Notes: generated by a model not told the origin, from the sequence alone. A DNA stretch of 64,000 bases from Candidatus Parcubacteria bacterium (GCA_003599755.1 QZJO01000011.1:66424-130423); one strand, 5' to 3'. Shown: positions 9,232 to 19,060, numbered from the stretch's first letter. Numbers and translations: made by a program.

Positions 9232-10455
9232 TCAGGGGCGGATGCGAGCTGCGCCCGTGGCGTTCGTTACAACGGGAACTCCCGAGGCAGTCAAGTATTC
9301 CATCATTTGCCGGAATTTGTCGGGTGTCGTGCTATAGGTAGTACCCGAGTTGTTGACCTGATGGAAGACGAGGATCAGCCAGACCCCGTCCCGGCGTGCT
9401 TGATCGATCCATCCGCGTACTTCGGCGACCGTCGTGCCGACTCCCACGTTCTGGCGGCGCAGATTATACGGATCATCGCCGAAGCGCACGAATCCGTTCC
9501 AGGTGGAGCGGCCGGCGCTGTAGCCCGCGCTTTTGACCGCAGCGATGACTTCATCATCGAACGCGCCGAAAGGATACGATATCGTTGTGGCCTGAATGCC
9601 CATGGCCGCCAAATCCTCTTTGGATCCGGCTACTTCGGCCATGAGCGCGGATCCGGAAAGCGTGGTCAGATCGGCATGGGTGCGCGTATGCGAGCCGATC
9701 TCATGGCCGGCCGCATGCGCTTCCAGAATCTGACTCTCGGTCATGTAAGCGGGCCATCCGGTGCGCCGCGTGATGATGTTCATCGTCGTGCGAACGCCGT
9801 TTGCGGCCAAGATCGGGGCAATGGTCTGGTACGTATCCCGCCATCCGTCGTCGAAATTGACCGATACCATGCCGCTCATGGGCGGCGGCGCGGGCGCTGC
9901 TTCTTCGAGCACGTAGTTGTCTACGGTCAGCGAGCCCGTGCTCTTTATGAGATGAAATACCGTTAGCGCCACCGCGCCCGCAGGTGCGCTAAACGTTCCC
10001 GATGCGTTTCGCCAGGAGCCGCCGCTCGAGGGTAGGACGGCGATGTCTTTCCACGTATGCGTTCCGTTGGAGTGGCGGTATTGGACCGTGACGTAACTTT
10101 GGGTGTTGGATTGGTAATTATCCGTGAAGCTATAGGTCTTGCCGCTGGCGGTCGGGATTTCGGCGAAATACCATTTCGCATCCCCGCTCGAATAACTCGT
10201 AATGGCGACTGCAGCGGCTTTGGACGAATTGAAACCGGCGACCGGATACGTGAATGTCGCCTGGTTCGTTCCCCAGCGGCCGCGGGCCCAGGATGCCGGA
10301 TTGCCGCCTGAGCCGGCGGTCTCGAGCGACGGGTTTTGTACGAGATTGGCTGCCGCGGCCGATATCGGCGTCCAAACCGCGATCGCGGCGAATATGGCGA
10401 GCGCAAACCACGTCGCGGCGCGCGGTCGCGGTATACAGATGGATGCGGTATGCAT
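9232..10455 (-). CDS. secreted carbohydrate-binding (CBM_4_9-like) plus NodB-type polysaccharide deacetylase
   Basis: Signal peptide; LVQNPSLE...WYFAEI CBM-like region; NodB motifs VSVNFDDGWRD and HEIGSHTRTH. Confidence 0.7.
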   Translation of the reverse strand: MHTASICIPRPRAATWFALAIFAAIAVWTPISAAAANLVQNPSLETAGSGGNPASWARGRWGTNQATFTYPVAGFNSSKAAAVAITSYSSGDAKWYFAEIPTASGKTYSFTDNYQSNTQSYVTVQYRHSNGTHTWKDIAVLPSSGGSWRNASGTFSAPAGAVALTVFHLIKSTGSLTVDNYVLEEAAPAPPPMSGMVSVNFDDGWRDTYQTIAPILAANGVRTTMNIITRRTGWPAYMTESQILEAHAAGHEIGSHTRTHADLTTLSGSALMAEVAGSKEDLAAMGIQATTISYPFGAFDDEVIAAVKSAGYSAGRSTWNGFVRFGDDPYNLRRQNVGVGTTVAEVRGWIDQARRDGVWLILVFHQVNNSGTTYSTTPDKFRQMMEYLTASGVPVVTNATGAARIRP

Positions 10456-10460
10456 AATAG

Positions 10461-11351
10461 TTAGTCGTTCGTGATGGTTAGAATACGGTATTCGTCGAAT
10501 TCGACATCGAGAAAATCGGTGCGAATGCCGCCGCGACCCGGTTCGGTGATGGCCGATCCGCCGACTCGCCCGTCGTCATGCGCTTCGGCCACGAGGCGCC
10601 AGGCGCCTTTCCGATTCCGATCGAAGAACATGCGTATGATGACGGTGCCGTCGGCCTGATCTTGCACTTCGCCGATCAGGCCGAACCATTGATCGCGCGG
10701 TATGAGCGTAGGGTTTTGTTCGCGGTCATACCGGCCGGCAAAGATGGGAGCGCTGGCAAGTTCATAGTAGGTGCCGTTGATTTTTTTCTTGATCGTCGCC
10801 TGCCCGTCTACGCGCAGGCCGACATAGTACAGCGTCTCCGAGTCCTGGTACCGGTGATAGAATCCCACTCCGTTGGATGCGTTCCGGTTGGGACTTTGAC
10901 TATGGTGTTCGCCGCGAATCCGGAAATACGCGATTTGACGTTCATTCCGCCAGCGGTCGCGGGTGAGCAGGCGGAGCAGATTCTGCGGGTGCGCGCCATC
11001 ATCGGTATCGACGGGGTTCGATGCGCGGTAGCGCGTCCGCCAGGACGATTCCTCGCCAAGGTCCCCCATCAGGCCTGCGGCCACGCCGCCGGCTATCGTG
11101 ACCGCGCCGCCCGAGTTAACCCACCAATACCGATCGGTCGATTCGTCCGGCGTCGCGGTTTCTTCGATCACGCGATCTTCGGCAAAGTGTTCATAGAGGG
11201 CTGGGGGCGGAACATCCAGCGATTCCATGGGTCGCTCGCCCGCCCCGATGATCACGGCCAATGCGATCAGCGCCGCTCCGAGCGCCCAGAGTTTGGATCG
11301 AAGCGAGTGAATCAGTTGGCTTGCGGCCTCGCGCAGCGCGGCAACGGTCAT
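10461..11351 (-). CDS. membrane-anchored single-domain paralog of the 6916..8664 tandem-domain protein
   Basis: Start at internal ATG 11351 (MTVAALREA...); N-terminal TM segment LWALGAALIALAVII; same YWWVNSGG...HPQNLLRLL...FDEY domain. The ORF-track N-terminal extension is low-complexity Ser/Arg sequence. Confidence 0.6.
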   Translation of the reverse strand: MTVAALREAASQLIHSLRSKLWALGAALIALAVIIGAGERPMESLDVPPPALYEHFAEDRVIEETATPDESTDRYWWVNSGGAVTIAGGVAAGLMGDLGEESSWRTRYRASNPVDTDDGAHPQNLLRLLTRDRWRNERQIAYFRIRGEHHSQSPNRNASNGVGFYHRYQDSETLYYVGLRVDGQATIKKKINGTYYELASAPIFAGRYDREQNPTLIPRDQWFGLIGEVQDQADGTVIIRMFFDRNRKGAWRLVAEAHDDGRVGGSAITEPGRGGIRTDFLDVEFDEYRILTITND

Positions 11352-11361
11352 AGCGAAACGG

Positions 11362-12972
11362 TCACGGAGCGGCGGCGGTTGCCGGCGAGAGCGGAATCGC
11401 TCGCACCTCGCGCAAGACCAGCTGGCTTGCGTCCGGGCGCGCATCCCAGCCCTTGATGCCCACGCCTCCGGAATCGAGCGCTCGTTCGAGAAACGGCGTC
11501 GCGACGATGACTTCGCCGTTGAGCAGGCATTCGACGCTCCGGCCCCGGACGCGGATGGCGACTTCGAAGTTTCGTTCCGGAAGACTGGCGGCACGTTCGA
11601 CGCCGCGGATGACGCGCAGATCCCCGAGGTATTTCTGCTCGACGTGGGCAACCTGCTGGCTGAAGTTGCACGCGACGAAATTGTCATCGTTCTTGAAGCG
11701 CCCCCAGAGGTAGATATTCCCGCCGGCAAGCCGATCGACCACGGCGGTGAACTGATAATCGCGCCACGCCCGCGTGCCATCCAACAGGGCCGCGCTGCCG
11801 GTATCGTTGGCGGTGGGATGGAGCGCGAGCATGCCGCCGCGATGCTCCAGTACGCCCCAGGTACGGATCCAACCCGTGTCGCGATCGAGCGTGTCGGTGA
11901 ACGGCAGGGGCTTGGCGAGCCCCGCGTCCAGGCGTTCCAGAAGTTCTTCGATCCCCCATTCCGCCCGCACCTCGATGCGCCGGATGAAAAAATGTTCGCT
12001 GGCGTTGCCGCCCGGGTGATAGTTTTGCGTGAAGCGGTTGTCGTCGGACTGCTGGTAAAAAGCCATTGCGTAGATGGACAAGGCGCTGCCGAGTACGATG
12101 TCGCGCGCTTCGGGGTGGTTGAACGTCGGTTCGCCGAAATTGCCAAACGGAAACGCGAAGCCGGTGACGCGGGTGCCGAGCGTATCTTCAAGATTGCGCT
12201 TCGACGATAGGAGATCCTCCAGTACGCGATTCATGAATTCATCATTCGTCTCGAGGCGCCCCGGGCCGGCAAGCCAGAGTTTATTCGAGAAAAAATGCCC
12301 CATGTTGCCCGCGTCATCCACCGGATAGAATTCGTGCGCGTTGTTGCCGTGCGAATGGACTTCCCAGCGGCCGCTTTGAATCATTTGCTTCAACTCCTCG
12401 CCGCTCAGATAGTATTTGCTATTTTGATTCAGCGAAAATTTCGTGATTGCGAACATGACCGCCCGATAATCCAGGGCCTTGAGTACCGGATCCACGGGGT
12501 AATAGCTGTCTTTGCGGCCGTCGTCGAATGTGAGCACGAACGATTTTTCCGGAGGCTTTTTTTCGCCGCGCAGAAATGCATAGAGTTCCGCCAGCGTGAC
12601 GGTCTCCCAGCCGGCCCGTTTGAGCGCGAACATTTGCTCCTTGAAGTGCTGGTTCGGCACGTTGATGCCGCCGGGCGCGGCAACCACGCCGTGGTACAAG
12701 AGCACCGGAATGGATTCTGCCGGCCGCGGCGGCGTGGTCGAGATCGCGCCGGCCGCGGCGCGCGACGCCTCGCCGCCGAACCGATATTCGATCGCATAGC
12801 GGATCGTGTCGGCCCAGATGCCGGCGTAGCGAAAACTCAGATACGGATTATCGCGGGCGAATGAGACGCCCGCGATAAGGCCGGCGGCTACCATCATGAT
12901 GATGCCGAAAAATACAATCTTTGACGTGGTCGGCGTGTGCGTACGGAGCATAGGGGTCAGCGCGTTCCCCAT
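11362..12972 (-). CDS. membrane-anchored NodB-type polysaccharide deacetylase (PgaB/IcaB-like) with C-terminal extra domain
   Basis: VLLYHGV...LTFDDGRKDSY...HSHG motifs; N-terminal TM segment; start choice 12972 vs 12951 unresolved. Confidence 0.7.
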   Translation of the reverse strand: MGNALTPMLRTHTPTTSKIVFFGIIMMVAAGLIAGVSFARDNPYLSFRYAGIWADTIRYAIEYRFGGEASRAAAGAISTTPPRPAESIPVLLYHGVVAAPGGINVPNQHFKEQMFALKRAGWETVTLAELYAFLRGEKKPPEKSFVLTFDDGRKDSYYPVDPVLKALDYRAVMFAITKFSLNQNSKYYLSGEELKQMIQSGRWEVHSHGNNAHEFYPVDDAGNMGHFFSNKLWLAGPGRLETNDEFMNRVLEDLLSSKRNLEDTLGTRVTGFAFPFGNFGEPTFNHPEARDIVLGSALSIYAMAFYQQSDDNRFTQNYHPGGNASEHFFIRRIEVRAEWGIEELLERLDAGLAKPLPFTDTLDRDTGWIRTWGVLEHRGGMLALHPTANDTGSAALLDGTRAWRDYQFTAVVDRLAGGNIYLWGRFKNDDNFVACNFSQQVAHVEQKYLGDLRVIRGVERAASLPERNFEVAIRVRGRSVECLLNGEVIVATPFLERALDSGGVGIKGWDARPDASQLVLREVRAIPLSPATAAAP

Positions 12973-14312
12973 CCGCGGTCGCGGATGCGCAGCAGGGCAT
13001 AGAGGATCAGGAAGGAAAAGAAGAACGTGTTGAGCGCGCCCCAGAGATATAGGTACGGCCAGTAGCGGTTTTCTGGCGCCAGGATGCGGTAGTACAGGAC
13101 GACCAGCGACGTCATGAGGATGATGCCGAGGAAATAAAACAACGGCAGTATGCCGTACGCGAGCGGCGAAAAATAGAGCGCGCGGACCGCGACGAACGGC
13201 GTGGCAATGGTGATGACCAACAGCGGGATGAAATACGTCACGGTAAAGAACGGCTGCGTCCGGTACATGAAGCGCAGCGTGAAGAGCGAATTGATGATCC
13301 AAGATTTTTTCCAGCGGATTTGCTGGCGGACGAGCTGCCGGAAGCGTTCGGGCACGATCGTATAGGCGCGGGCGCGGTCGGTGTAGACGGTGCGGTAGTT
13401 TCGCTTCAGGACCCAGCTGGTCAGCGCGCGGTCATCGCCCCAGGTTACCGGCAGACCGAGGAAACGCTCGTTGAGCCAGTCGTCGAGGATCGGCATGACC
13501 GCGTTCTTGCGATACGCGGACGAGCAGCCGCTGCAGCAGAGTACCGTGAAAAGCGAGGATTCGGCCGCCTTGAGAATGCGGAACGACATGAAATAGTACG
13601 CCGCCTGCATGCGGGTGAGGATATTGTGATCGGCGTTGTGCGGGTCGGCGTGCGCACAGACCGCGCCGATGTCTTCGTGCTGAAACGGCGCGATAAGGTT
13701 TCGGAACGTGCGCGGGATGATGTAACTGTCCGAATCGAGCTGCACGACGATCTCGCCCCGCGCCCGGCGGAACCCTTCGGCCATGGCATGGCGTTTGCCA
13801 CGATTCTGTTTCCAATGGACGATGACAAGCCGCCGGCGATCGCGCTCGCCGAGTACCCGTTTCAATTCCGCAAGCATGTGCGCCGTGCCGTCGGTGCTAC
13901 CATCGTTGATGACGATGACTTCGAGTTTATCCTTGGGGTACTGCGCGCCGAGCGACTGCAGAACCGTACGCACGATTGCGCCTTCCTCGTTTTTGCACGG
14001 TATGACGATCGAAACCGTCGGTTCGTAGCGGCGGTCATCCGGTTCAATCACGCGGGCATTCGCGCGCCGGTAGAGCATTGCCGCGCCCACGCGCGAAAGC
14101 TGGAATGTGGTGATAAAGATCGTATAGCCGTAAAAGACCGGATGAGTGAAAAAGTCCGTCGCGGTTTTGGCCTTTACGAGAATAATGCCGACCAGTATGG
14201 TGGCGGTCAGAACCAGAATCGACGCGATTGAATTGCGGCGGGCCGTGGAGCCCGCCGCCGGCTTCGCGCGATATGCCGGGCGCTGTATCGTAATGGCAGA
14301 TGGATCGGTCAT
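12957..14312 (-). CDS. family-2 glycosyltransferase, processive polysaccharide synthase (PgaC/IcaA/cellulose-synthase-like)
   Basis: VSIVIPCKNEE, INDGSTDGT, QLDSDSYI (DxD), QQIRWKKSW (QxxRW) plus multiple TM helices. Confidence 0.8.
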   Translation of the reverse strand: MTDPSAITIQRPAYRAKPAAGSTARRNSIASILVLTATILVGIILVKAKTATDFFTHPVFYGYTIFITTFQLSRVGAAMLYRRANARVIEPDDRRYEPTVSIVIPCKNEEGAIVRTVLQSLGAQYPKDKLEVIVINDGSTDGTAHMLAELKRVLGERDRRRLVIVHWKQNRGKRHAMAEGFRRARGEIVVQLDSDSYIIPRTFRNLIAPFQHEDIGAVCAHADPHNADHNILTRMQAAYYFMSFRILKAAESSLFTVLCCSGCSSAYRKNAVMPILDDWLNERFLGLPVTWGDDRALTSWVLKRNYRTVYTDRARAYTIVPERFRQLVRQQIRWKKSWIINSLFTLRFMYRTQPFFTVTYFIPLLVITIATPFVAVRALYFSPLAYGILPLFYFLGIILMTSLVVLYYRILAPENRYWPYLYLWGALNTFFFSFLILYALLRIRDRGWGTR

Positions 14313-14363
14313 GGGTACGTATGGGGTATGCGCATCGCATGGGAACGGAGCGCACGTGAAGCG

Positions 14364-15233
14364 TTACGTCGGCCGGGCGCCGAGCGCCGAAGGAATGGTT
14401 GAGACGGCCGGGCTCGGCTCGGCGACGCCGCCCGCGCGGAGTTCTTCATTGATCGCCAAGAGCGCGGCAAGCAGGGGTGAAGCGGTCAGATGCGCGAGCG
14501 CGGTCACGTCTTTGGGCAGGCATTTGCCGCCGAAGCCCCGATACCCTTTGTGCCAGATGATCGAATGGCTGTCCCCGATCCACGGATGCTGGACAAGTAC
14601 TTCTCGCACCGCTTCATAATCGGCACTGAGAAGCGCACAGGCGTTGTAGATCTCGTTGAAAAAGACGACTTTCGTCGCGAAAAAAGAATTCATGGCGTGT
14701 TTGAGCACCTCGGCATCGCGCGCGGACATAACGCGCCGTATCGGGGCATCGGGCAGCAGGGCGAACAAATCATCCCGCAGCGGATGAAACACGTCGGCCA
14801 GGCCGAGAATCTGGAACTGGGGTTTTGCGAAATCATCCCAGGCGGTCGCTTCGGTCAAAAACTCCGGGTTATAGCAGAACGTAAGGTCGCGATGCACTTC
14901 TTGGAAATAATCCGTGGTGCCGGGCGCGAAGGTGGATTTAATGATGACGACGGTTCCGGGCGCCATGCGCGTAAAATACGCGCTCATAATGCGGCGGTGC
15001 TCGGCGCTCGTGCAGTTGTCGGGAAAATTAACCGCGACGAAGATGATTTCCTGCGATACGGTTTCTTCGATCGAATCCCAATTCCCGGGCTTGATGTCAT
15101 ACCATTTGGCCTCTGGGTAATAGCGTTTCAGTATGTCGCCGACAAAACCCGCGCCGATGATGCCGATGTTCGCCGGCTTGGCGCTGCCGCGGGCGGGTCG
15201 GCTCGTGCGCGACGATGGTTGCGGGTGATGCAT
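14364..15233 (-). CDS. UDP-glucose/GDP-mannose dehydrogenase family protein (short, lacks C-terminal UDP-binding domain)
   Basis: NIGIIGAGFVG Rossmann motif and catalytic GFGGKCLPKD; only 289 aa. Confidence 0.65.
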   Translation of the reverse strand: MHHPQPSSRTSRPARGSAKPANIGIIGAGFVGDILKRYYPEAKWYDIKPGNWDSIEETVSQEIIFVAVNFPDNCTSAEHRRIMSAYFTRMAPGTVVIIKSTFAPGTTDYFQEVHRDLTFCYNPEFLTEATAWDDFAKPQFQILGLADVFHPLRDDLFALLPDAPIRRVMSARDAEVLKHAMNSFFATKVVFFNEIYNACALLSADYEAVREVLVQHPWIGDSHSIIWHKGYRGFGGKCLPKDVTALAHLTASPLLAALLAINEELRAGGVAEPSPAVSTIPSALGARPT

Positions 15234-15345
15234 AGGATTTCGGTTAAGCGGTGATTGCAGAATATGTGCGGTTTGAGGATAACCGCACGAACCGTTGCGA
15301 AGAGAACGGCGCCTGCGCGGCGCGTTGATGTTGAATAGATGGCTA

Positions 15346-15576
15346 CTAGGCCGCGATCGATGCCGCCTCCGGTTCGATCGAAGACACGTATGGCGCTCCC
15401 GGAACGCCGAGCCGCTGGCGGGACGGGCAGTAGTAGCTGTAGGCGATGAGCTTCGCGTTCGGGTAGCTTTGGCGGACCTTGTCCTCCCATGCGCGGTAGG
15501 TTTTCTCGACCACCGCTTGCGTGGGGCACTCGGCTACCTCCCAGATACCGTTCACCTGCATGATGAGAAGGAACAT
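15346..15576 (-). CDS. hypothetical small protein (76 aa)
   Basis: AAAGGAGAG RBS 7 nt upstream of ATG 15576; no family recognised. Confidence 0.4.
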   Translation of the reverse strand: MFLLIMQVNGIWEVAECPTQAVVEKTYRAWEDKVRQSYPNAKLIAYSYYCPSRQRLGVPGAPYVSSIEPEAASIAA

Positions 15577-15713
15577 TGATGCTCTCCTTTCTTTTCTTCT
15601 CTGCGCTACGACTGCACGCGGCAATGGAGCGGCCGCGTCATGGGTGAGACGAACGGTTTTTACGGCTCTTACACCGGATGCCGCAGGAATCGCGCGTCTG
15701 CGCGCGGGGAGAT

Positions 15714-16547
15714 TTATGACGTGGTTGCAGGCGGAGTAGTGGTAGCAGCCGGCGGCGTTGTGGTGGCACCGGATGGCGGGGCGGGCGGAGTTGTGGTTCC
15801 GCTCGCGGGTGGAGGTGCGGGCGGCGTAGTGGTTGCCGGAGGAGGAGCGGGGGCAGGTGCCGGAGCGGGCGCTGGCGTGCCGCCAGGACGGATTACCGCG
15901 AGTGAAGCGCCATAGATGGCGATCAATCGCTGCAGCGTGATATCGTCCACCGTGCCGCTCATGACAAGGCCATGGCGTCCCTGGAAGCGTTTAATTGCGG
16001 CTTCGGTCAATGGTCCGAAATAGCCCGTGATCAGACCCTCAGGGTAGATCGCGCGATCGGTGGCAAGAGCCGACTGCAGTGCGGTGACGCCGGCTCCCCG
16101 ATCGCCTCGATCGAGATATGCGCCCGTCGCACCCGGCTGTATGGCGTTGAGTTCAGCTATGATGGAGGAAAGCTGCGTGAGGGCATGAGCGGCAAATGCC
16201 GATTTTTCTTGGGGCGTAGTCGTAGCGGAAAACCGCGCAAGTTCGGCGGTCGTGCTTGCGACAAATGCGCTCGCTCGTTCGAGAACATCCTCGCGTCGGG
16301 CGATGGTAAGCTGATTCGTGATCGTGGCGAGCCGGTTCGCGGCGGCGGTCGCGATCGCGGTGCGTTCGGCCGGAGTCGAGGTGGCGGTGATGCGGGCGAT
16401 ATCCGATTGCACGGCAGCAAGATCGAGCGCGATCTGGCCGAGCAGCGCTTCGACGTGCGAAGCCGCGGCCGGAATGGCACCGGCAAGTATGGCGGCCAGG
16501 CCGATGCCTACGGCAATACTGCGGCGAGAATGAAGAAAGTTTTTCAT
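15714..16547 (-). CDS. secreted peptidoglycan-binding (PG_binding_1) domain protein with Pro/Thr-rich C-terminal tail
   Basis: Signal peptide; GDRGAGVTALQSALA...GYFGPLTEAAIKRFQ PG-binding motif; PAPAPAPAPP/TTTPP tail. Confidence 0.65.
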   Translation of the reverse strand: MKNFLHSRRSIAVGIGLAAILAGAIPAAASHVEALLGQIALDLAAVQSDIARITATSTPAERTAIATAAANRLATITNQLTIARREDVLERASAFVASTTAELARFSATTTPQEKSAFAAHALTQLSSIIAELNAIQPGATGAYLDRGDRGAGVTALQSALATDRAIYPEGLITGYFGPLTEAAIKRFQGRHGLVMSGTVDDITLQRLIAIYGASLAVIRPGGTPAPAPAPAPAPPPATTTPPAPPPASGTTTPPAPPSGATTTPPAATTTPPATTS

Positions 16548-16649
16548 AGGCGAGGTGTCCGGGATGACGGTTTTTCGCGGTAGCCATTACATGCGGGAAT
16601 GCAAAAACCGCCCGCCTCAACGGACGGTTTTTGCATGCGAAAAGACGAA

Positions 16650-17930
16650 TCAGATCTTGGTGCGTACCATGGCCAGCACCGCGGCCGCAGACCATGCTTG
16701 CTGCCGGCAGCCGATCTGGCCGCTTGGCGAGCAGTACTCAAAATACGTCGTTTTATCGCGCATATAGAGTTCGATCGGACCGCCGAAGAATCGGATTGGC
16801 CGAAGCGAGGCGCGCTTGAGCCGCCGGGCTTGGGCGAAATAGCCGTAGTGCATGAGCCCTTCGAATATGAGGCCGTTGAGCATCGGCCAAAAACTGCCGT
16901 TGTGATACGAATCGCTGCCGGGATTGTACGTTGGCGAGCGCTTGGACATGGTGCGGATGCCGGCACGCGGGTCATACAGATCCCGGGCGAATGCGCGGCG
17001 TACGAAATCCGGCACATAGCGGTCATCCACGATCGAATGTACGCGCTCCTCTCGGTCCCGTTCAGCGGCCCAGAGGCAGATCAGCGGGTTCGCGGTGATG
17101 GTGCGGATTTGCCGCTTCTTGCCGTCCAGGGCCTGGGCGGCAAACCAGAGACCGTGCGTGCGAAATAAAAATTTCTCGTGGAATGCGGAACGAATGGCGT
17201 CGGCCTTGGCTCTCAGGCGGGCGGCAAAGTCCGGCGCCCGAGCGCTAAACTCGCCGGCCCACAATCGAAGCGCCAGCCACGCGAAGGCCTGTACTTCGAC
17301 CGGTGCGATCGGATATTCGGGCAGCATTCCGTCTGGCTGCAAGAGCGCCTCGCGCGAGTCGGTCCAAGAATGGATGGCGAGCCCGCCGAAGCGGCGGTCC
17401 GGCGGCGGCGCGTATTCTATGACGTGATCGTTGTCCGCGTCCGCATCGGTGAGCAACCAACGGAGCGCGGCCTCGGCGGCCGGCAGAACTTCGGCGAGAA
17501 ACTGATTGTCCCCGCTCGCTTGCCAATAGCGGTAGAACGCGATGAGGACGAGCGGCGTAGCGTCGATGGAATCGTAATTCCGAAGCGTCCCGTCCGGGTA
17601 TACGTACCATGGCCGCTCGCCGGTCGTGAGATGCTCGTGGCGATCGCGGCGAAATTCGTGGATGAATTTTCCCGGCTCCTCCCCGCTTTCCGGATTGCGT
17701 ACCCGGCCTTGCAGCTGAATCATGGCGCTCAGCGCTCGGCGCGACGTTGCCAATAGAAACGGATCCGGCCGCAGCGCGTAGGCAGCCAAGAGCTTCAGCA
17801 CGGTGACCGCGGTGTCCCGGCCGAAAATAGCGCCGAACGCCTCATGGCGGGCCGACGCCAAAATACCTTCCGGCGTCGCGAGCTCCGTAATCGTCGTATA
17901 CATCTTTCGTTCCAGCTCGCGCGCGGTCAT
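16650..17930 (-). CDS. GDE_C-type (amylo-alpha-1,6-glucosidase-like, (alpha/alpha)6-barrel) glycoside hydrolase
   Basis: SFWPMLNGL and CRQQAWSAAA motifs typical of the GDE_C/GH63-like fold; overlaps upstream GT4 gene by 4 nt (ATGA). Confidence 0.65.
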   Translation of the reverse strand: MTARELERKMYTTITELATPEGILASARHEAFGAIFGRDTAVTVLKLLAAYALRPDPFLLATSRRALSAMIQLQGRVRNPESGEEPGKFIHEFRRDRHEHLTTGERPWYVYPDGTLRNYDSIDATPLVLIAFYRYWQASGDNQFLAEVLPAAEAALRWLLTDADADNDHVIEYAPPPDRRFGGLAIHSWTDSREALLQPDGMLPEYPIAPVEVQAFAWLALRLWAGEFSARAPDFAARLRAKADAIRSAFHEKFLFRTHGLWFAAQALDGKKRQIRTITANPLICLWAAERDREERVHSIVDDRYVPDFVRRAFARDLYDPRAGIRTMSKRSPTYNPGSDSYHNGSFWPMLNGLIFEGLMHYGYFAQARRLKRASLRPIRFFGGPIELYMRDKTTYFEYCSPSGQIGCRQQAWSAAAVLAMVRTKI

Positions 17931-19060
17931 ATGCCAGGGCCTCCGGCCAATTGATAATACAGTCGCTCGTACCGTTCAACCATCACTTCGGCGTTGAAAT
18001 GGCGCAAGGCATGCCGCCGGCATTCGGCGCGGTTGATTTTACCTACGCGCGTCACCGCGTCGATCATGGCATCGATATTCGCCACGACATAGCCGGTGCG
18101 GCCGTGCGCAATAACTTCGCGCATCGAGCCGCGGTCGAATGCGATCACCGGCGTGCCGCATGCCATTGATTCAATGATGGTAAGGCCGAACGGTTCTTCC
18201 CACGTGATGGGATGCAGCATGGCGAGCGCCCGGCTCATCAGCCGGTTGCGCGCCGCTTCATCGACCTCGCCGATCCATTTGATCTGGTCGTTCGAGAGCT
18301 TAGGTCGAATATATTCGCGGTAGTAAGCAAGGTCAACCGTATCGAGCTTCGCCGCAATAATTAGCGGTATGTTCAAGTACTGGGCAACCTCGATAGCATG
18401 GTGCGTGCCCTTCTCCATCGAGATGCGGCCGACGAACAAGAGGTATCCGTCATGCGTCGGCGAAAACGGATACGACTCCATGGCGAGGCCGTTGTATACC
18501 GTGCCGATATGATTCGGCAGACTGTGGATATATGCGCCTTGGGAGCGGGAGATCGAGACGACGCGGGGGCGGTTCATGACCTGGTACATCCGCCGAATCA
18601 AGGTGGAAAACGGGCCATGATAAGTCGCGAGGACCGGCTTTCGGGAAAGATTCGCCGTCGGCAAACTGATATAGCCGATATGATCGTGGATCACGTCGAA
18701 CCGGCCGCCCATTTGATAGGCCGTGCCGATATTAAGCATGGTCCAGGAGTTCAAGCCGTAGATATCCGCGATGCGGGCCTCGCGCAGCGCCCGTGGGTAG
18801 ACGGAAACAAGCTTCGCGTCGGTGCGCGAATCGCCGCTGGCAAACAGGGTGACGGCGTGGCCGCGCCGAACCAGCCCTTCGGTAAGGGCGCTGACGACGC
18901 GTTCGGTTCCCCCGTACTTCTTGGGCGGTACGCTTTCGATCAGCGGTGCGATCTGGGCAATGCGGAGCGGCCTGCCTGCCGAATGGGCAGGCACTCCAGG
19001 GCGGCGGTCTTTGGGCGGCATGATGTACCGGTAACAAAAAACGGAATGGAGCTTTGTCAT
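17927..19060 (-). CDS. family-4 glycosyltransferase
   Basis: EPFGLTIIESMACGTPVIA GT4 signature and RIAQIAPL N-terminus; start 19060 or 19021 uncertain. Confidence 0.75.
   Translation of the reverse strand: MTKLHSVFCYRYIMPPKDRRPGVPAHSAGRPLRIAQIAPLIESVPPKKYGGTERVVSALTEGLVRRGHAVTLFASGDSRTDAKLVSVYPRALREARIADIYGLNSWTMLNIGTAYQMGGRFDVIHDHIGYISLPTANLSRKPVLATYHGPFSTLIRRMYQVMNRPRVVSISRSQGAYIHSLPNHIGTVYNGLAMESYPFSPTHDGYLLFVGRISMEKGTHHAIEVAQYLNIPLIIAAKLDTVDLAYYREYIRPKLSNDQIKWIGEVDEAARNRLMSRALAMLHPITWEEPFGLTIIESMACGTPVIAFDRGSMREVIAHGRTGYVVANIDAMIDAVTRVGKINRAECRRHALRHFNAEVMVERYERLYYQLAGGPGI

Noticed and set aside
8893-9966. 357-aa plus-strand ORF
   Set aside because: Antisense to the well-supported CBM plus NodB deacetylase gene (9232..10455), with Arg/Ala/Gly-rich composition typical of GC-bias shadow ORFs and no RBS.
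11352-12191. N-terminal 280-aa extension of ORF 10461..12191 (also the analogous 41830..42438 extension of the ABC exporter ORF)
   Set aside because: Low-complexity Ser/Arg/Ala sequence overlapping better-supported upstream genes; true starts taken at internal ATGs (11351 and 41829).
13320-14231. 303-aa plus-strand ORF
   Set aside because: Antisense to the GT2 synthase, which has clear catalytic motifs; shadow ORF.
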